NCBI GenBank assembly: GCA_002269645.1
Contig: NIVC01001245.1
Location: 1-64,000 of the forward strand
DNA from: Macrostomum lignano
Taxonomy: Eukaryota
DNA: 64,000 bases
Direction: 5' to 3'
The position numbers were made by a program, and so were the translations under genes. The notes under the pieces are model-generated. The model ran no database searches, was not told the DNA's origin, and saw only the letters and a list, made by a program, of their open reading frames with translations. Position 1 is the stretch's first letter, and every line of letters starts with the position of its first letter. This document shows positions 28,121-40,507 of this stretch, one piece after another.

Positions 28121-28300
28121 CAGTGGCGCAACCAGGTGGGGGCGGGGGCGGTCGCCCCCCTCTTATAGGCGCGGAGACCCAAAAAATCAAAGGGGGACCA
28201 AGCGAATTTTCGCCAAAACAGAGCCACCCCGTCCGCCCCACCTCCCGGGACTTTACCCTCCAGAATCCGCCCCCTCATAAAATTTCTGGTTGCACTACTG
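28121..28300. mobile_element. Short MITE-like element, TIR CAGTGGCGCAACCAG / CTGGTTGCACTACTG
   Basis: 13/15 TIR match, internal G/C runs; no TSD found. Confidence 0.5.
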
Positions 28301-28725
28301 AACGAAAGTTTCCTTACACACCCTCTCTTCAATATAAATTTATAATTATATTATATTTTAATATAAAATTATAATATTAATTACATATTATAATTATAAT
28401 TTTAATTTTAATTTTACTTACATGTATATATAATTATATAATTTAAAAAGATATTTAATTTATCTGCACTTTCTTTGAAAATTTAACCTCATAAAAATAA
28501 AATATAAGCATTAAAAGTCATGCTTAAATGTCTTTTGCTGAGCAAAACTGTCACTCTATAATGATGGTATTAAATATTTACGCGTAGATGAACTTTGTTT
28601 TAGTTTTTAGTTACTCTTAAGACTATAAAAAAATTACCTGGGACTACATGAAGTATAACTTGTTTCAACTAATTGTTTTACTTAAATGAATAAAAAATAT
28701 ATACACAGTAAAAGTTAATAGCTCA

Positions 28726-29740
28726 TAACAGCAACAACTTAACAACAAATTATGCAGCTAGCAATCAAAGTCACAGAGCAGGGTGCTTCAGATGGCGCGC
28801 CGCAGAGCCTGAGAGCGGAGGAAGTCCGCCCCGTTGGCAGTGTCGGGCGCCCTGGCGTCGCGTACGTAGGAGGCAGTCCACGTATCGACGGGTTTGGGCC
28901 TGACCCCGCCTGAGCGGGCCCTGCAGAGTGAGCAACAGGGCTAGGACGTCCTGAACAGGTTGGGGGCAGTAGCCCTCGGCCCGGATCACGTACGTGGCCC
29001 GCCAGTTGAAGTCGCCGCCGGCGCAGGATGGTGGACGGGCGCTGCAGCTTGGCCCGATCGTACAGGGCCTCAGTCCCGACGCTCTCATCAGCTCGAAAGG
29101 TCGCACGGAGCAGCCCTGAATGCGCCGAGTCCAGCTGCCGCTCTAAGCGTAGCCGTCAGTGTCCACGTCTCGGCGTTGTAGAGCACACCGCCTGCCACAG
29201 CCGACGAGCCCTCTGGCGGTCGGGCAGCGCTTCGGACTGGACGTCGGCTCGGATCGAACGGAAGGCCGCCCAGGCAAGTCCTCGGCGCCGCCGGATCGAG
29301 GTCCGTCCACGTGAGGCACCAGACCGCCGAGTAGGTGATCCCGCTGGTAGCGTGCGCGCGAGCGTGGTCATCTGCCCGTCTGCGAGGCGACATGTCAGGT
29401 CCGCTAGCGCTGGGATGTCGGCCGGCACAGTCAGCACCTAGGTCTTTAGCGTGTTGACAACCAGTCCGACGCTCAATGCCACCTTGACCAACCTGTCGAT
29501 CTGGCGGGATGCCACCTTGAACGGACGAGGACAGGAGGGCGAGTTCGTCGGCGTAGCCAAGCAAATAATAATAAGGCGCTTTTCACCGTGGCGGCGACCG
29601 ATGCGTCTGCGCAGCGCAGGAAGCCGTCGTTAGCCGAGGAGACTGCGGTCCGAAGCACCCAGTGGCAGCAGCACGAAGAGAAACGGCGCCAAAGTGTCGC
29701 CATGCAGAACTCCTGATGAAGTGTCGAACTGATGATGATT
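28726..29740 (-). mobile_element. 5'-truncated degenerate RTE-type LINE (3' half of RT)
   Basis: Minus strand FDTSSGVLHGDTLAPFLFVLL, LLGYADELALLSS, VLYNAETWTLTATL; decayed TTG tail; homologous to 37540-38430. Confidence 0.85.
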
Positions 29741-30299
29741 TACATGTATGTAATCGCCCTACTAGTGAACCGTCTTCTCATGGGGGAAGGATCAGATCGT
29801 ATGACTATGGATGGCTGCCAGCCGTCTATGACCAGACTATGACCGACAGATCGCCCTTCAGGTTGTCCCGCCCATGCATATTGATAACTTTTTGGTAGTG
29901 CTATATTAGAGACGCGGTAAGGACCCAAATGTGCCCCATCGATAGCTAAGGTGCAAATATTGATCATTGGGTTATTGCATGACCCACTGGCTGCCACCAC
30001 TCTGTGACCTGGCGAACCTGGATCTACGGTATGACCAGACCTGGCGAGGCCGGAGCCCCCGCCTGGGATGGGTATCAAAGGGTTGGAGCTAGCGGTGAGC
30101 AGCATGCAGCCGAATAGCTGATAGGAATCTGCTTGGGCACAAATCGAGAACTCCGGGATCATACAGACGGATTTTTATCAGGGGATCTTTTAAGGCTGTG
30201 ATGACATACAGTTCAGATTGCAAAAAGTACATGTAGTGTATAGAGAACACGTAGAACAGCTATACGTGTACATCTAGTTTGGATTGATCAATGGGTTCG

Positions 30300-30595
30300 G
30301 GCCTGGCTCCTCATATGAAAGGTTTTTTTCTCCACGGAGCACCAGACCGCTGATGTGATGAACCACTGCTGGCAGCGTGCGTCTGCGTCGTGGCATGTCA
30401 GGTCCGCTGATACGTCAGCAGACACAGTCAGCATCTCGGTCTTCAATATGCTGTCAACGCTTGAACCCACCTCTTTCTGTGCTTTCAACAGACGAGAAAA
30501 AGAGGCTGAGGTCGCCAGCGTTGCCAAACAAGCTCAGGTGTTTTTTGCCGCTTTGGCGAACGATGCGTCTCCACAACAGATAAAAAAGCAGGAAG
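30300..30595 (-). mobile_element. Older RTE-type RT fragment
   Basis: RRIVRQSGKKHLSLFGNAGDLSLF resembles RRIGRRHGEKRLSVLGYADDLALL; ILKTEMLTVSAD resembles TLKSEVLTVPAD. Confidence 0.7.
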
Positions 30596-30601
30596 AAATC
30601 T

Positions 30602-31937
30602 CTCCATTTCAGCATTCGAGGTGTGCCACGAAGCTCACAGATGTTCAATTGAAAAGATATTTTTGGTGTAAAGTCTACTCAGATGTTATATTGCAAAAAT
30701 GCTTTTAGTTTAATTTTAAAAAGATTTTCCTTGCTGTAGTATGCATTTGATTTTTTTGTACAGTCACCATCTCGGTCGTAGATTCTAAAGAAAATTCACT
30801 CCATTTCAGCATTCGAGGTGTGCCACGAAGCTCACAGATGTTCAATTGAAAAGATATTTTTGGTGTAAAGTCTACTCAGATGTTATATTGCAAAAATGCC
30901 TTTAGTTTAATTTTAAAAAGATTTTCCTTGCTGTAGTATGCATTTGATTTTTTTGTACAGTCACCATCTACGTCGTAAATTCTAAAGAAAATTCACTCCA
31001 TTTCAGCATTCGAGGTGTGCCACGAAGCTCACAGATGTTCAATTGAAAAGATATTTTTGGTGTAAAGTCTACTCAGATGTTATATTGCAAAAATGCTTTT
31101 AGTTTAATTTTAAAAAGATTTTCCTTGCTGTAGTATGCATTTGATTTTTTGTACAGTCACCATCTACGTCGTAAATTCTAAAGAAAATTCACTCCATTTC
31201 AGCATTCGAGGTGTGCCACGAAGCTCACAGATGTTCAATTGAAAAGATATTTTTTGTGTAAGGTCTACTCAGATGTTATATTGCAAAAATGCTTTTAGTT
31301 TAATTTTAAAAAGATTTTCCTTGCTGTAGTATGCATTTGATTTTTTTGTACAGTCACCATCTACGTCGTAAATTCTAAAGAAAATTCACTCCATTTCAGC
31401 ATTCGAGGTGTGCCACGAAGCTCACAGATGTTCAATTGAAAAGATATTTTTGGTGTAAATTCTACTCAGATGTTATATTGCAAAAATGCTATTAGTTTAA
31501 TTTTAAAAAGATTTTCCTTGCTGTAGTATGCATTTGATTTTTTTGTACAGTCACCATCTACGTCGTAAATTCTAAAGAAAATTCACTCCATTTCAGCATT
31601 CGAGGTGTGCCACGAAGCTCACAGATGTTCAATTGAAAAGATATTTTTGGTGTAAATTCTACTCAGATGTTATATTGCAAAAATGCTATTAGTTTAATTT
31701 TAAAAAGATTTTCCTTGCTGTAGTATGCATTTGATTTTTTTGTACAGTCACCATCTACGTCGTAAATTCTAAAGAAAATTCACTCCATTTCAGCATTCGA
31801 GGTGTGCCACGAAGCTCACAGATGTTCAATTGAAAAGATATTTTTTGTGTAAGGTCTACTCAGATGTTATATTGCAAAAATGCTATTAGTTTAATTTTAA
31901 AAAGATTTTCCTTACTGTAGTATGCATTTGATTTTTT
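30602..31937. repeat. Satellite-like tandem repeat, 197-bp unit, ~6.8 copies
   Basis: Unit starts at 30602, 30799, 30996, 31192, 31389, 31586, 31783; near-identical copies. Confidence 0.97.
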
Positions 31938-33259
31938 GTTTATTTATTTTCGTGGAACTGAACGTGGAACTGAAAATCCGGTCATGGACCCGTGGACATC
32001 TGCATTCATTTATCTATCAACTTTTAATTTTTTTGTAAAAAGTAAAACTAAATGTTTGTAATTTATACAAAATTACTGCAGAAAGATTGAGGAAATGCAA
32101 AAAGGGTATTGAAGTTTTTTTATTTAATAAATAACGATTTTTAATGAATGTAAACATTTGTTGCTAGCACAATTTTTCTGTCTTTTCAGTTTCAAAAGAT
32201 CTCTCATTTATGTAGCGCAGCAAAAGTGCTGCAACTTCTGTAGATTCTTAAATGAATTATATGAAATTATATGAATAATGCATGATACATCAAGAATCAC
32301 ACAACACATTTGCTGTTATTTAGGCAGTTAGAACATTATTTCTTTAGTATTAGTTCTTGTCAAGGCTGTCTGCAAGTATATTTTTGCGTATATTTTATTT
32401 ATGGAACCGAAAACAAAGAATAATGAATTTATCTTTTACATATAAAGCTGGAAAAGGTCAAGAATCATTCTTTAGTAAAATTTATAGAAGTAATAAAGCT
32501 AATAATTAATAAGCTAAGTAATAAGTAATAAATTAATAATTAATAAGCTAATAAAAGTAATAAAGCTTCCCTACAGTGGTCCATTTGTAACCGAGGTTGA
32601 TTGTGACTTCGGCAAAGGTTTTGTTATTGTTTACTTTATGTGTTTCCTGGTCGATTTTTCTAATACTTGAAATAGATATATACATTATTTTCACTAATAA
32701 CTGGAATAGACCAATGTTAATAATTTTTATACAAACAATCGTCAATGTTCGAAAAATACTAATCTTTAAAAGAAAAAAATTGAAATCAGTTGTTCGTTAC
32801 CTTATAAAACTAATAAAGATATACCCTAGAAAGCCACTAAAATCAAGCAATTTTGCATACATTACTAATGACAGTATTACATTATTTAAATAAATAGTTG
32901 TTTGGCCCTATTTTTATCACTAAACTGACAAACTTCTTTCAATATTTAAATTAAGAAAAAATCATTGAGATTAATAAACATTTTTGTGCTTGCATTTTGG
33001 CTTATATAGTGCCAAATAAGACTGCTTTTTAAACTTCTCATTCAGTTTTGTAGCTTAGGATATTTCCAACAATTACTTTCTGAAGCACTTATCCTTTTCG
33101 GATTTATTTTCATAATCTGGAAGGCAAATAAATACAGTACCTGCATATGCATGACTTTTAAAAATCTGTTTAAAAAACAAATTAACTTCTTCCCCAATTC
33201 ACCCTAAGTTAAACAGCCATAAACAGGTTTTAAGTATTTTGTCGTTTTATTCATGCAAA

Positions 33260-35507
33260 ATGCCACCCAAGGGAAAGAAAGGCAAGGGCAAGAAAAAGAA
33301 AGGATCCGGCAAGCTAGCCAAGATGACAGAAGAGGAAAGGATGCTTTACCTGGAGCAGCAGCGGCTAGCGGAAGAGGAGTTTCGCAAGCAGAGGGAGGAC
33401 TTCCTCAGCGCCTACTTGCAGGTTCGTTGCTATTCAATTTTTCGGCAGTAAATTACTCATAAGAGCTCTTGTATTCTCACTGTACGATATTTTTACTCAT
33501 TCAGGGAAAAATTGGCCACGAGGAGAAGTTTTCCAAGCTGAACCAGTACAAGCTCAACCACCAGTGGCGAAACATCATGCGCGAGGTCAAGTCAAAGGAG
33601 CTCAAGCGCGATATTGAAATCCTTAGTCAGACATTCGAGCGAGTTGTTGACCGCAAGGAGAGCGTGCTCAAATCACTCGTGAAGGATATCGAAGAGGCTG
33701 ACGACCAGCTGAGCTTGGCGGTGCGAGCCCACCTGCAGAATGTCGACCGGCTAATTGACATTCAAAATCGGCGCGTTAGCAAGCTCACGTCTGAGTACCA
33801 CGCGGAGAAGGAGATAATCAGAGAGGAATTCGACTCAGAGGAGGCCTATGTAAGCGAGCAACAGGACCGTGACATGAAGGATCTGCAGGATGTGCTGTAC
33901 GGACTGGAGGAGAGCTTCATGGAAAAGGAGGTCGACGCCAGGGCGGAGTTTCAGAGCATGCGAGATGAAATTAAAAATAAGGTAAGGTTGCTGATTGCAT
34001 GTAGCTACGGTAAGGGGACGTTGTCAAGACTCTAGAAGTTACCAGCAAAAATTTCACACGACCATATTCATATCTGGTCATGCCGCCATTACTTTAATTA
34101 GCACTCTAAATCCATCCCCAGAACAACGAGGAGAAGCACTCTCTCCGCATCCTGCTCGAGGGCAAAGTGGACGACTACTGGAACCAGTTTAACGACGCCA
34201 AGAAGGCGTACAACGAAGCCACCCGAGACAAGAAGGCCATGTTCGAGGACTACAAGCAGCGCGACGAGCGATCATCAAACGAGATCGAGCGTCAGATGCG
34301 GATGCTGCAGAAGATTAACAGCCAGATAGCGGCCGTGAAGCAGAAGATGGCGCTGAACTCGCGCACCTATGACGAACGCAATCGAATGCTAAAAGAGGAA
34401 CGCGAGAAGATGATGCTGCACTTCCAGCAGCTGAAAGCTCAGATGAACAAGATTCGCGAATTGCAGCGAGAGAAGCTCACCAAGATGACGCTTGAAAGCA
34501 ACGGTGCGCTCAAGGAGCTGCGCAGGCAGGGCGATAAGGCTGATCGGATTCTCAAGCTGGGTGAGCATTCTTGAAGTGTAATTGAACTCACATTACCTAC
34601 GAGCTAATAGCTGATCCAATGATCCATTGCACTCGTTTCGTTTTACATTTAAACTTTCCTTAGTGAAGATCAATTCGAACAAAAAACAAAGTTGAAATTA
34701 TCATTTTACAACTCTATACAGGTACATCAGCTGCATCAAGGGCGTAGCCAGACTTTTTTTATTAAAATGGGCACTTAAAAGTGACAAAACTTCGGAAACG
34801 CCATTATCGAGGGGTCGCACCCCCCCCTTGCCCCCTGGTTACGCCCCTGAGTTGAATGATTGAAAGATCCTTAGATTTTCGGGCATACATGTAATTGCCA
34901 AATACAAGTGTTTCTTTAATAGCAGGTAAGTTAGACAGTAAATGATGTCCCAGAAACCATAAAGTCATTCAAGCTCTTACAACAATAAATTCACAGCCGA
35001 GATGTGTCGCAAACTGGAAACGGAAGAGGAGAAAGTCTTGCCTTTCCCGGCAACTTCGCTGACTCCTGAAGAGATGGAAGACGTCGCGGTGGCGCTGAAG
35101 GAGGAGCCCAACGAGCCTCTGGCAGCGGCGATGCGTCGCTACCAGAACTTGGAAGAGTTCTGGCGCCGATTCAACAAGGTGATGCTGGACAAGCTGGCTC
35201 TTGACAAGGAAAAGTCGGTGCTCATGTCTGAGAATATGCAACTGCGCAGTCTGCTCAAGCAGTACCTCGACGGCGTGTCTGTCAATGACGAGATTCTCAG
35301 CAGTGTCAATCCGCTGATTGTTGTCAATGGCCGGTCGAATGTCAAGTAAGTGGCTGACGCAACTTATACCCAGTTTTTTTCGCATAACAACTGAACCCCG
35401 GTTTTACGATTTGCAGCCTGAAGCCGCCGATGCAGGATCCTCGAGTTCGTCCCGCGGCCACCGTCACTGTGGAGGCCAGCCTTGAAGTTCGAAGCAAGCG
35501 TCTGTGA
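33260..35507 (+). CDS. CCDC65: Dynein regulatory complex subunit 2 (CCDC65/DRC2/FAP250), 5 exons, ~505 aa
   Basis: Exons 33260-33421, 33505-33981, 34122-34560, 34997-35345, 35417-35507. QWRNIMREVKSKELKRDIEILSQTFERVVDRK, RAHLQNVDRL, EEKHSLRILLE, EMCRKLETEEEKVLPF, LLKQYLDGVSVNDEIL. Confidence 0.95.
34737..34849. mobile_element. hAT-like MITE in CCDC65 intron 3
   Basis: TIR CAAGGGCGTAGCCAG / CTGGTTACGCCCCTG; flanks AGCTGCAT and AGTTGAAT (6/8 match, possible decayed TSD). Confidence 0.6.
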
Positions 35508-35962
35508 CTCTAAACCGTTAGCCAGTCTGCGCACTGTAGCTGGACCGAACTTACATTTTAACTGATGCTCTTTACAATTACAAAAAAAATGCGCTTCCAA
35601 TTTTTAACCACAACAAAGCTCTGTATTTTCTGCCCGTATCCTGCACACTTCCATGGCCTGTTAAAGTATACAGTCTGTTTTGTTTTTGTGAACACTTTTA
35701 AATATTTTTTATAACGGAGACAGCATTCAGCCTCTCAAACGTCCATTTTCAATGATTTAGCTTAAAAAATTGAGCCAACGCCGAAAGAGTTTATAAGCTA
35801 CGATCTCTGTTCAATTGGTGCTGTTTTTGTTCATGAAATACATCTCAACAATAGCTATTTGCTGGATTTAAGCAGTTTGAACAAAGTACATCGATGGGAA
35901 ATTTTGTCTTTCTTATTTTCAGTCATTTTATTTTATTTTCACACCCGTGCAAATATTGCTGA

Positions 35963-38432
35963 CACCTCCTGGCATCGCGGCCAGATCACCAGGCCGCGGA
36001 TGACCTCGGTTGGCTCGGACGGCCGCGCTTCGGCTGCGGAAGCAAAGTTCAGCACAGCAGGGACTCGCAGAGGTCGGCGCAGCGTCGCACTGAGCGGCGG
36101 CGCGAGCGCAACCGCCGAGGGCGACTCCGCGGCGCGGCCAGGCGCCTGTTGTCCCCAGTCCCTGCTACTTCAACTATGGATCCGCCGGGTGGCGCCGGGG
36201 ACCACGAGGCCAACCTCCATCTGGCCCCAGCTGTACCAAGTGGCCGCCTCAGACTCGGCACGATGAACTGCCGAACTCTGAAGGCCCCCTGGCGTCGCAC
36301 CATCTTTGTCCAGCTGGCCCACGACCTACAGCTGGACCTCGTCTCGCTGCAGGTTTCTATCGTAGCTGAGCCAGGGCTCCACTCTGAGGACCTCGGAGCC
36401 GGTTGGAGCCTCCTGTACACGTTGGCAGACAACCGCGGCCGGGGCGGTGTCGGCGTGCTGATCGGACCGCGCCTCCAGCAGAGCGTGCACTGCATCTCGC
36501 TGTCCCCGTGACTGATGGGGGTCGACCTGCGACTGCGCGCCCGCTGCATCCGGCTGTTCTGCGCATATGCACCCACTGCTGCTCACCCCTAGGAGGCTCG
36601 TGCCTTCTTCGACTTCCTGGCTGGGCAGCTGGAAGAGGTGTCAAACCGCGACACGCTGGCAGTGCCCGGAGACCTGAACGCTGTCCCGCGGAGGTCCGAG
36701 CGCTCGCCCTTTGTCGCGGGACGCGAGAACGCCAATACCGATGTACTGGAGAACCTGCTTGACCGGCTGGATCTGGTGTCCGCGAACACCCAGTTCCGCA
36801 AGCCCCCTGCCCGCCTGGTCACCTTTGCGGGCTGCAAGAGAAGGCGGCGGAACGCACGCGGGCGCAATGCCACGAGGAGACTGGCGCAACTCGATCATGC
36901 GCTGGTTCGCACTCGCGAGCGCCGCCGCGTCACCAACTGCGACACCACGGCTCCGCTGGCTCTCCGGTCAGACCACCGACTCCTGATCTGCGACTTGCGG
37001 CTCCGCGACCAGCTCTACCGACCGCCAAAGCAGCGGCCACGGCGCTACTATCGCGCACTGTCGGACACCCGTGTGAAGCGTCAATTCGCGGGTGCCTTCG
37101 TCGGCGCGCTTGGAGAGCAGCGCGAGGCGGAGTATTCCGACATCAGCACCGCCGTTAGAGCCGCTGCAGAGCAGACGGTCCCGCTGATGCGGCCAGCGCA
37201 GAAATTGCTGCCTGTCTGGCAGAGCGACCCCATCATCAGGCAGGGTCGGCTCAACATCGAGCGACTCCGCAGAAACCGGAGGCCCACAGGCGACGCTAAA
37301 GATGCATTTGAGCGCCTTCTTGACGAGCAGGTCGCTGTCGACGACGCCATTAGGTCCATCACTGCAGCCGGCCCCGACGTGAAGAGCCGCGCAGTGTGGA
37401 CGGCCGTCCGGACTCTGACGGGGCGCAAAAAGCGCGTGGCGCTGAACCTGGCCGGCGACAACCCGGAGGAGCGCAGGAATGAATTGCGCGACTTCTTCGC
37501 CGGCATCATGAACGCGCCCGCGTCGGCGCTGCCCGCCAGCTTTGCGCTCCTCTTCGTGCTGCTGCTGGACTGGGTGCTTCGGACCGCACTCCCATCGGCA
37601 AATGACGGCTTCCTGCTGCGCAGACGCATCGGTCGCCGCCACGGCGAAAAGCGCCTAAGCGTGCTTGGCTACGCCGACGACCTCGCCCTCCTGTCCTCGT
37701 CTATTGAAGGCGCTCAGCGCCAGATCGACAGGCTGGTCGCTCGGTCGCGTCGGTCTGATCGTCAACACGCTGAAGTCAGAGGTGCTGACTGTGCCGGCCG
37801 ACATCCCAGCGGACCTGACGTGCCGCGGCGCAGACGGGCAGACGACCAGGCTCGCACGCTACCAGCGGTTCACCTACCTCGGCGATCTGGTGCCCCACGT
37901 GGAAGAAGACCTCCGGCGGTACAGACGACTTGCCTGGGCGGCCTTTTGTTCGATCCGAGCCGTCCTCCAGTCCGAAGCGCTGCCCGACCGCCAGAGGGCT
38001 CGGCTGTGGCAGGCGGTGGTCGAAACCGTCCTGCTATACAACGACGAGAAGTGGACGCTGACGGCTACGCTAGAGCGGCAGCTGCGCTCGGCGCACTCAG
38101 GGCTGCTCTGTGCGGCCTTTCGAGCTGACCAGAGCGTCGGGACCGATGCCCTGTACGATCGGGCCAAGCTACAATGCCCGTCCACCATCCTGCGCCGGCG
38201 GCGACTTCCCACGTGATCCGGGCCGAGGGCTACTGCCCCCAACCCGTTCAGGACGTCCTGCTGCTCACCTTGCAGGGTCCGTTCAAGCGGGGTCAGGCCC
38301 GAACCCGTCGATACGTGGACTGCCTGCTGTGCGACGCTGGGGCGCCCGATACTGCCAACTGACGTGCCCTGCTCTAAGTGTGACTGTGCACGCAGGGTCG
38401 CGTATTTTGTTGTTGTTGTTGTTGTTGTTGTT
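35963..38432 (+). mobile_element. Inactive RTE-type LINE (APE + partial RT) with (TTG)n tail
   Basis: RLGTMNCRTL, GGVGVLIG, VPGDLNA, QLDHALV, RSDHRLL (APE); LGYADDLALL; stops near 36509 and 36590, frameshift near 37740, internal RT deletion near 37540; 5' boundary approximate. Confidence 0.88.
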
Positions 38433-38891
38433 TTCAGTAGTTTAACACCAGTCAAACTTGCTAGAAGAAATTGAATCGCGTCGAAAATTAAGTTTTACAC
38501 AAGACAGTGGATATGTGACCGTTTAATGCCACTGATTTGAATGTATTGTAACGAATATTGTTAAGATTTATTTAGTTTTAATTGTTTTTCGAATAGAATA
38601 ACTTTCTGTGCTACGCTTGCAGGATCCGTGTTATCGACTTTTAGGCAAAATTACAAGCGTATCATATACGTTTTTTAGAAAATTTCGAAATCAGTGTAAC
38701 AGGTTAAACAAAATTTACTATCTTAGATACAGGTACAATTGAATTTTCAATACTGTCTCCAATTTGTGACTGAATTCAGACTTTAGTTGGATGCGAAAGC
38801 GAACTAGATTAAAAGAAATATTGAACTGAATGAAGTTCATGCATTCTAAGAGACTTGGACACTTTCGAAAAATCAAAACAGCTTAGGTGTG

Positions 38892-40507
38892 CTATACAGT
38901 TGGTTCTTTCAGCTGCCAAGTTTCAGCCAGCTCTCGTCTCAGCTTCTCGACACTCGCATTTAGCTGGGCGGTTAGTTGCTCAGCTTTCAACCTGAGTTCA
39001 GACTGCTCGCACAGCTTCTTGTATAGCCGCTCCTGCTTTCGTTTCTCCTCCATCAGTTTGCTGTCGAACTCGTCCGCGTGCTGTTCGAGCCGCTTAATCA
39101 ACTCGCCAATGGTGCCCTTCATGTTCAGCATCAGAGAGTGATCCTCCTCAGCTTGACGTTTGTACTCAGCTAAATGAATTTTCTGATTCTGACAAATTTG
39201 TTTGAATTCTTGTAGGCTTCGCTGCTTATTTTCCAGTTCCGTACGCTGATTTTTAATAGCCTCCTTGTACTCGTCGCATTGCTTTTTAAGTTGCGTTTGC
39301 CAAGATTTAATTTGGTGGTTCTCTTCTCGCAGCCGGTCCAGTTCTGTCTGCAGTTGCAGTTTGCTTGCTTCAAGGTCAGCTTTTTCTTGCGATAGTTGCT
39401 TCAACTGAGACTTGCTGTCATCTGCCGGGGGCTGAGTCTGATGCTCGTCAGAATGAATTGCTTTGGTCAGTCGATCATGGACCACGATCGTGGGAGGACT
39501 TTGTGGCATCACGCGTGTCTCAGATTCTTGACTAGAAGATAACGACGTTCGAGCCTGCAATTCACGGAAACCAGATTTGTTTCCATCTTGCGGGATGCTG
39601 GTTTTCGTGGAATTTGATTCTTTGCAGGAATCGTCTTGTGAAAGACGCTGGTCCCGAAGTTCTGAGAGCTTCAAATCACCAACCTGCGCATCCGTCATGT
39701 TCAGCTTCTTTTGAACTTCGTTCTGCTCTTCAGCCATTGTACAATTGTTTTGTTCCAATTCCTTCACAGGGGCTTCACTTTCCATACTCTTTATCCCTTT
39801 GTTGAAACGAGAATTTTCCTGTTCCAACTTCTCCATTTTCTGTTTTTCCTCTTTCGGCTCGTTAAGCAGACTTTCACTAAGAGTATCATCGCTTCCATCG
39901 TCCGCACAGTCCTCATGATTAATTTTATCTTCTTGTTTTGGCTTGTTCTGTCTAAAAAGTAGTTAATATCTCTTTGACCTTTAATATGCATACTGTTTGG
40001 ATCAGTAAATGGACGCAGAACTTACATGCCCTCGGATGACTCCAATGAATTTGATATACTCGTAGCAGAACATTGTTGTTGTGTCAACTGCCGATTAGGT
40101 TCGTTTACGCCTTCATGCTCTCTAAAAATCGAGTATCAAACTGGCAATATGCGTCAACTTCACAACAGTTAAACAATAACTACGACTACAAAAAACGACT
40201 AAGATCACAAAAAATCAAAAACAACCACGAAAATGGGCAAGAATCCACAAAAACATTCATGACGTCAAGACACACAAGAGCAGTAAGATACGGAAAGAAA
40301 CGAAAACAAATAAATGTTTATTAATTAAGCTAACTCATCAAAGAGGTCGACAAATAGACAAAAAATTAAACAAACAATTCAAAATATAGCGACTTACACA
40401 GAACTTGACTGAGAGTTTTGAAGGCTCTTAGATTGGCCCATAATTTGGGTTAACGATTTGATCAAATCAGTTTTTTCTTCGCTTTCAACTGTCACTTCTG
40501 CAGCCAT
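38892..40507 (-). CDS. Uncharacterised coiled-coil protein, cluster member A, 3 exons, ~421 aa
   Basis: Exons 40398-40507, 40026-40121, 38892-39951 (phase 2/2, frame continuous); paralogous to member B. Confidence 0.78.

Larger units (their letters stand above)
27820..31985. mobile_element. Non-autonomous TIR DNA transposon carrying cargo, 4166 bp
   Basis: TIR ATGACCGGATTTTC perfect for 14 bp, imperfect to ~38 bp; direct repeat GGACCCGTG at 27811-27819 and 31986-31994; no transposase seen. Confidence 0.88.

Noticed and set aside
30602-31937. Hammerhead ribozyme/retrozyme in the 197-bp repeat
   Set aside because: No CTGANGA core on either strand of the unit.
32150-33260. RFX X-box upstream of the ciliary gene CCDC65
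   Set aside because: Best candidate GTTGCTAGCAC (~32160) does not complete the palindrome and is 1.1 kb away.
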